A DNA stretch of 64,000 bases, from NCBI RefSeq assembly GCF_009914755.1, contig NC_060935.1; one strand, given 5' to 3'. The notes beneath the pieces are model-generated. The model had not been told where the DNA came from. It saw only the letters and a list, made by a program, of their open reading frames with translations, and did not search any database. The stretch's first letter is position 1. Each line of letters opens with the position of its first letter. The DNA is from the human T2T-CHM13v2.0 reference genome, Homo sapiens. Below are positions 62,255-64,000 of this stretch, piece by piece. The translations under genes were made by a program, and so were the position numbers.

Positions 62255-62334
62255 CTTCGTTCGGCACGCTCTTTCTTCTTTAAGGCAACATCCAAATCCT
62301 GCAACTGTTCCTCTAATTTTTCACAGAGCAGTTT
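62255..62334 (-). CDS. RSF1: RSF1 coding exon (probably exon 9): KLLCEKLEEQLQDLDVALKKKERAERR, coiled coil after the PHD finger
   Basis: cttcAG acceptor at 62336-62335, AG|GTAT donor at 62254-62253. 80 nt, phase 0 to 2. Confidence 0.93.
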
Positions 62335-62745
62335 CTGAAGAAGCAAAATAGATAAAAGTCATTTTAAACAACTTTTAGCAATCATTTATTACATACATGT
62401 TAACTTCATGGGTAGTGGGCTCTGAGAGCTGGTAAGGGACCACATAGTAAGTGAACAATGAAGCTTTTCTTGTGTTTAATTAAACACACCTTTTGAACAG
62501 AAGATGAGCACAGTACCTTTGAAATAAAGCACACGTTAAAGAAACATACAGCTTTGCCAAAAGAAACGGATTCTGTGCCTATCCTACTGGCAATAGTCAA
62601 TGTTTAAAACAGCATTTGGTTCAACATGTGTATGTAACAGTGATTATACTTTTTAAAAAAGATCCCAAGATGTTTTAAAGGGAGAAGGTTATACGTACGA
62701 TATAACATAATGATGCCAAAAACTATTTTTTAAAAAAGGTGACTG

Positions 62746-62854
62746 GGCTGGTGTGAGTGCTGTGGTATTTACAACTAATTGATCCCAACCAGTTACAGAT
62801 TTTTTTGTTCTTTCTCCACTCCCAGGGCTTCACTTGACTATCCTTAAAAAAAAA
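62746..62854 (+). pseudogene. Retroposed Y3 RNA (RNY3) pseudogene in an RSF1 intron, antisense to RSF1
   Basis: GGCTGGTGTGAGTGCTGTGGTATTTACAACTAATTGATCCCAACCAGTTACAGATTT...CTTCACTTGACTATCCTT matches full-length hY3 with about 10 substitutions. A9 tail; GACTG flanks both sides (degenerate TSD). Confidence 0.92.
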
Positions 62855-63113
62855 GACTGTAAAAAAGTATACAAACAATGCTACACAGTTACTGAGTCAA
62901 AACAGAGCTGAAAAATGTACTTGATAATAAAGCTGTGCTAAGCCACAGAAGTCCATTTCACTGAAGAATGCATAAAGCTCATCATTTTATTTTATTTTAT
63001 TTTTTGAGACAGATCTCACTCTGTCACCCAGGCTGGCGTGCAGTGGCACAATCTTGGCTTACCGCAACCTCTGTCTCCCAGGTTCAAGCGATTCTGGTGC
63101 CTCAGTTTTCTAA

Positions 63114-63658
<545 letters not shown>

Positions 63659-63677
63659 CTACTTTTAAATTTTTTAG

Positions 63678-63998
<321 letters not shown>

Positions 63999-64000
63999 CA

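Overview
Human (primate) genomic DNA, recognisable as the CLNS1A-RSF1 interval of chr11q14.1. Both genes lie on the minus strand in tandem. Positions 1-~8850 hold the 5' end of CLNS1A (pICln, methylosome subunit): a CpG-island promoter, exon 1 and exon 2. Positions ~9060-29200 are an intergenic stack made almost entirely of transposons (LTR8 in both orientations, MER57 LTR plus internal region, a degenerate MER68 provirus, nested L1M, MER51, MADE1 and many Alus). Positions ~31070-62334 hold the 3' part of RSF1: eight coding exons that splice in frame into the last 501 aa (probably exons 9-16) and an Alu-free ~6.9 kb 3'UTR. The window also contains a retroposed Y3 RNA pseudogene and a young AluYa5-like insertion. 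Nearly all ORFs in the supplied track are Alu or low-complexity artefacts. I found no evidence for a new multi-gene biological system. The most unusual sequence-level observations are a 64-bp copy of RSF1 last-exon coding sequence inserted into an L2 element in the preceding intron, a template-switch hairpin inside an Alu, an inverted Alu pair tightly bracketing the 55-nt exon, and a tail-to-tail LTR8 junction built from micro-repeats. Repeat subfamily names come from recalled consensus sequences, and repeat boundaries are approximate.
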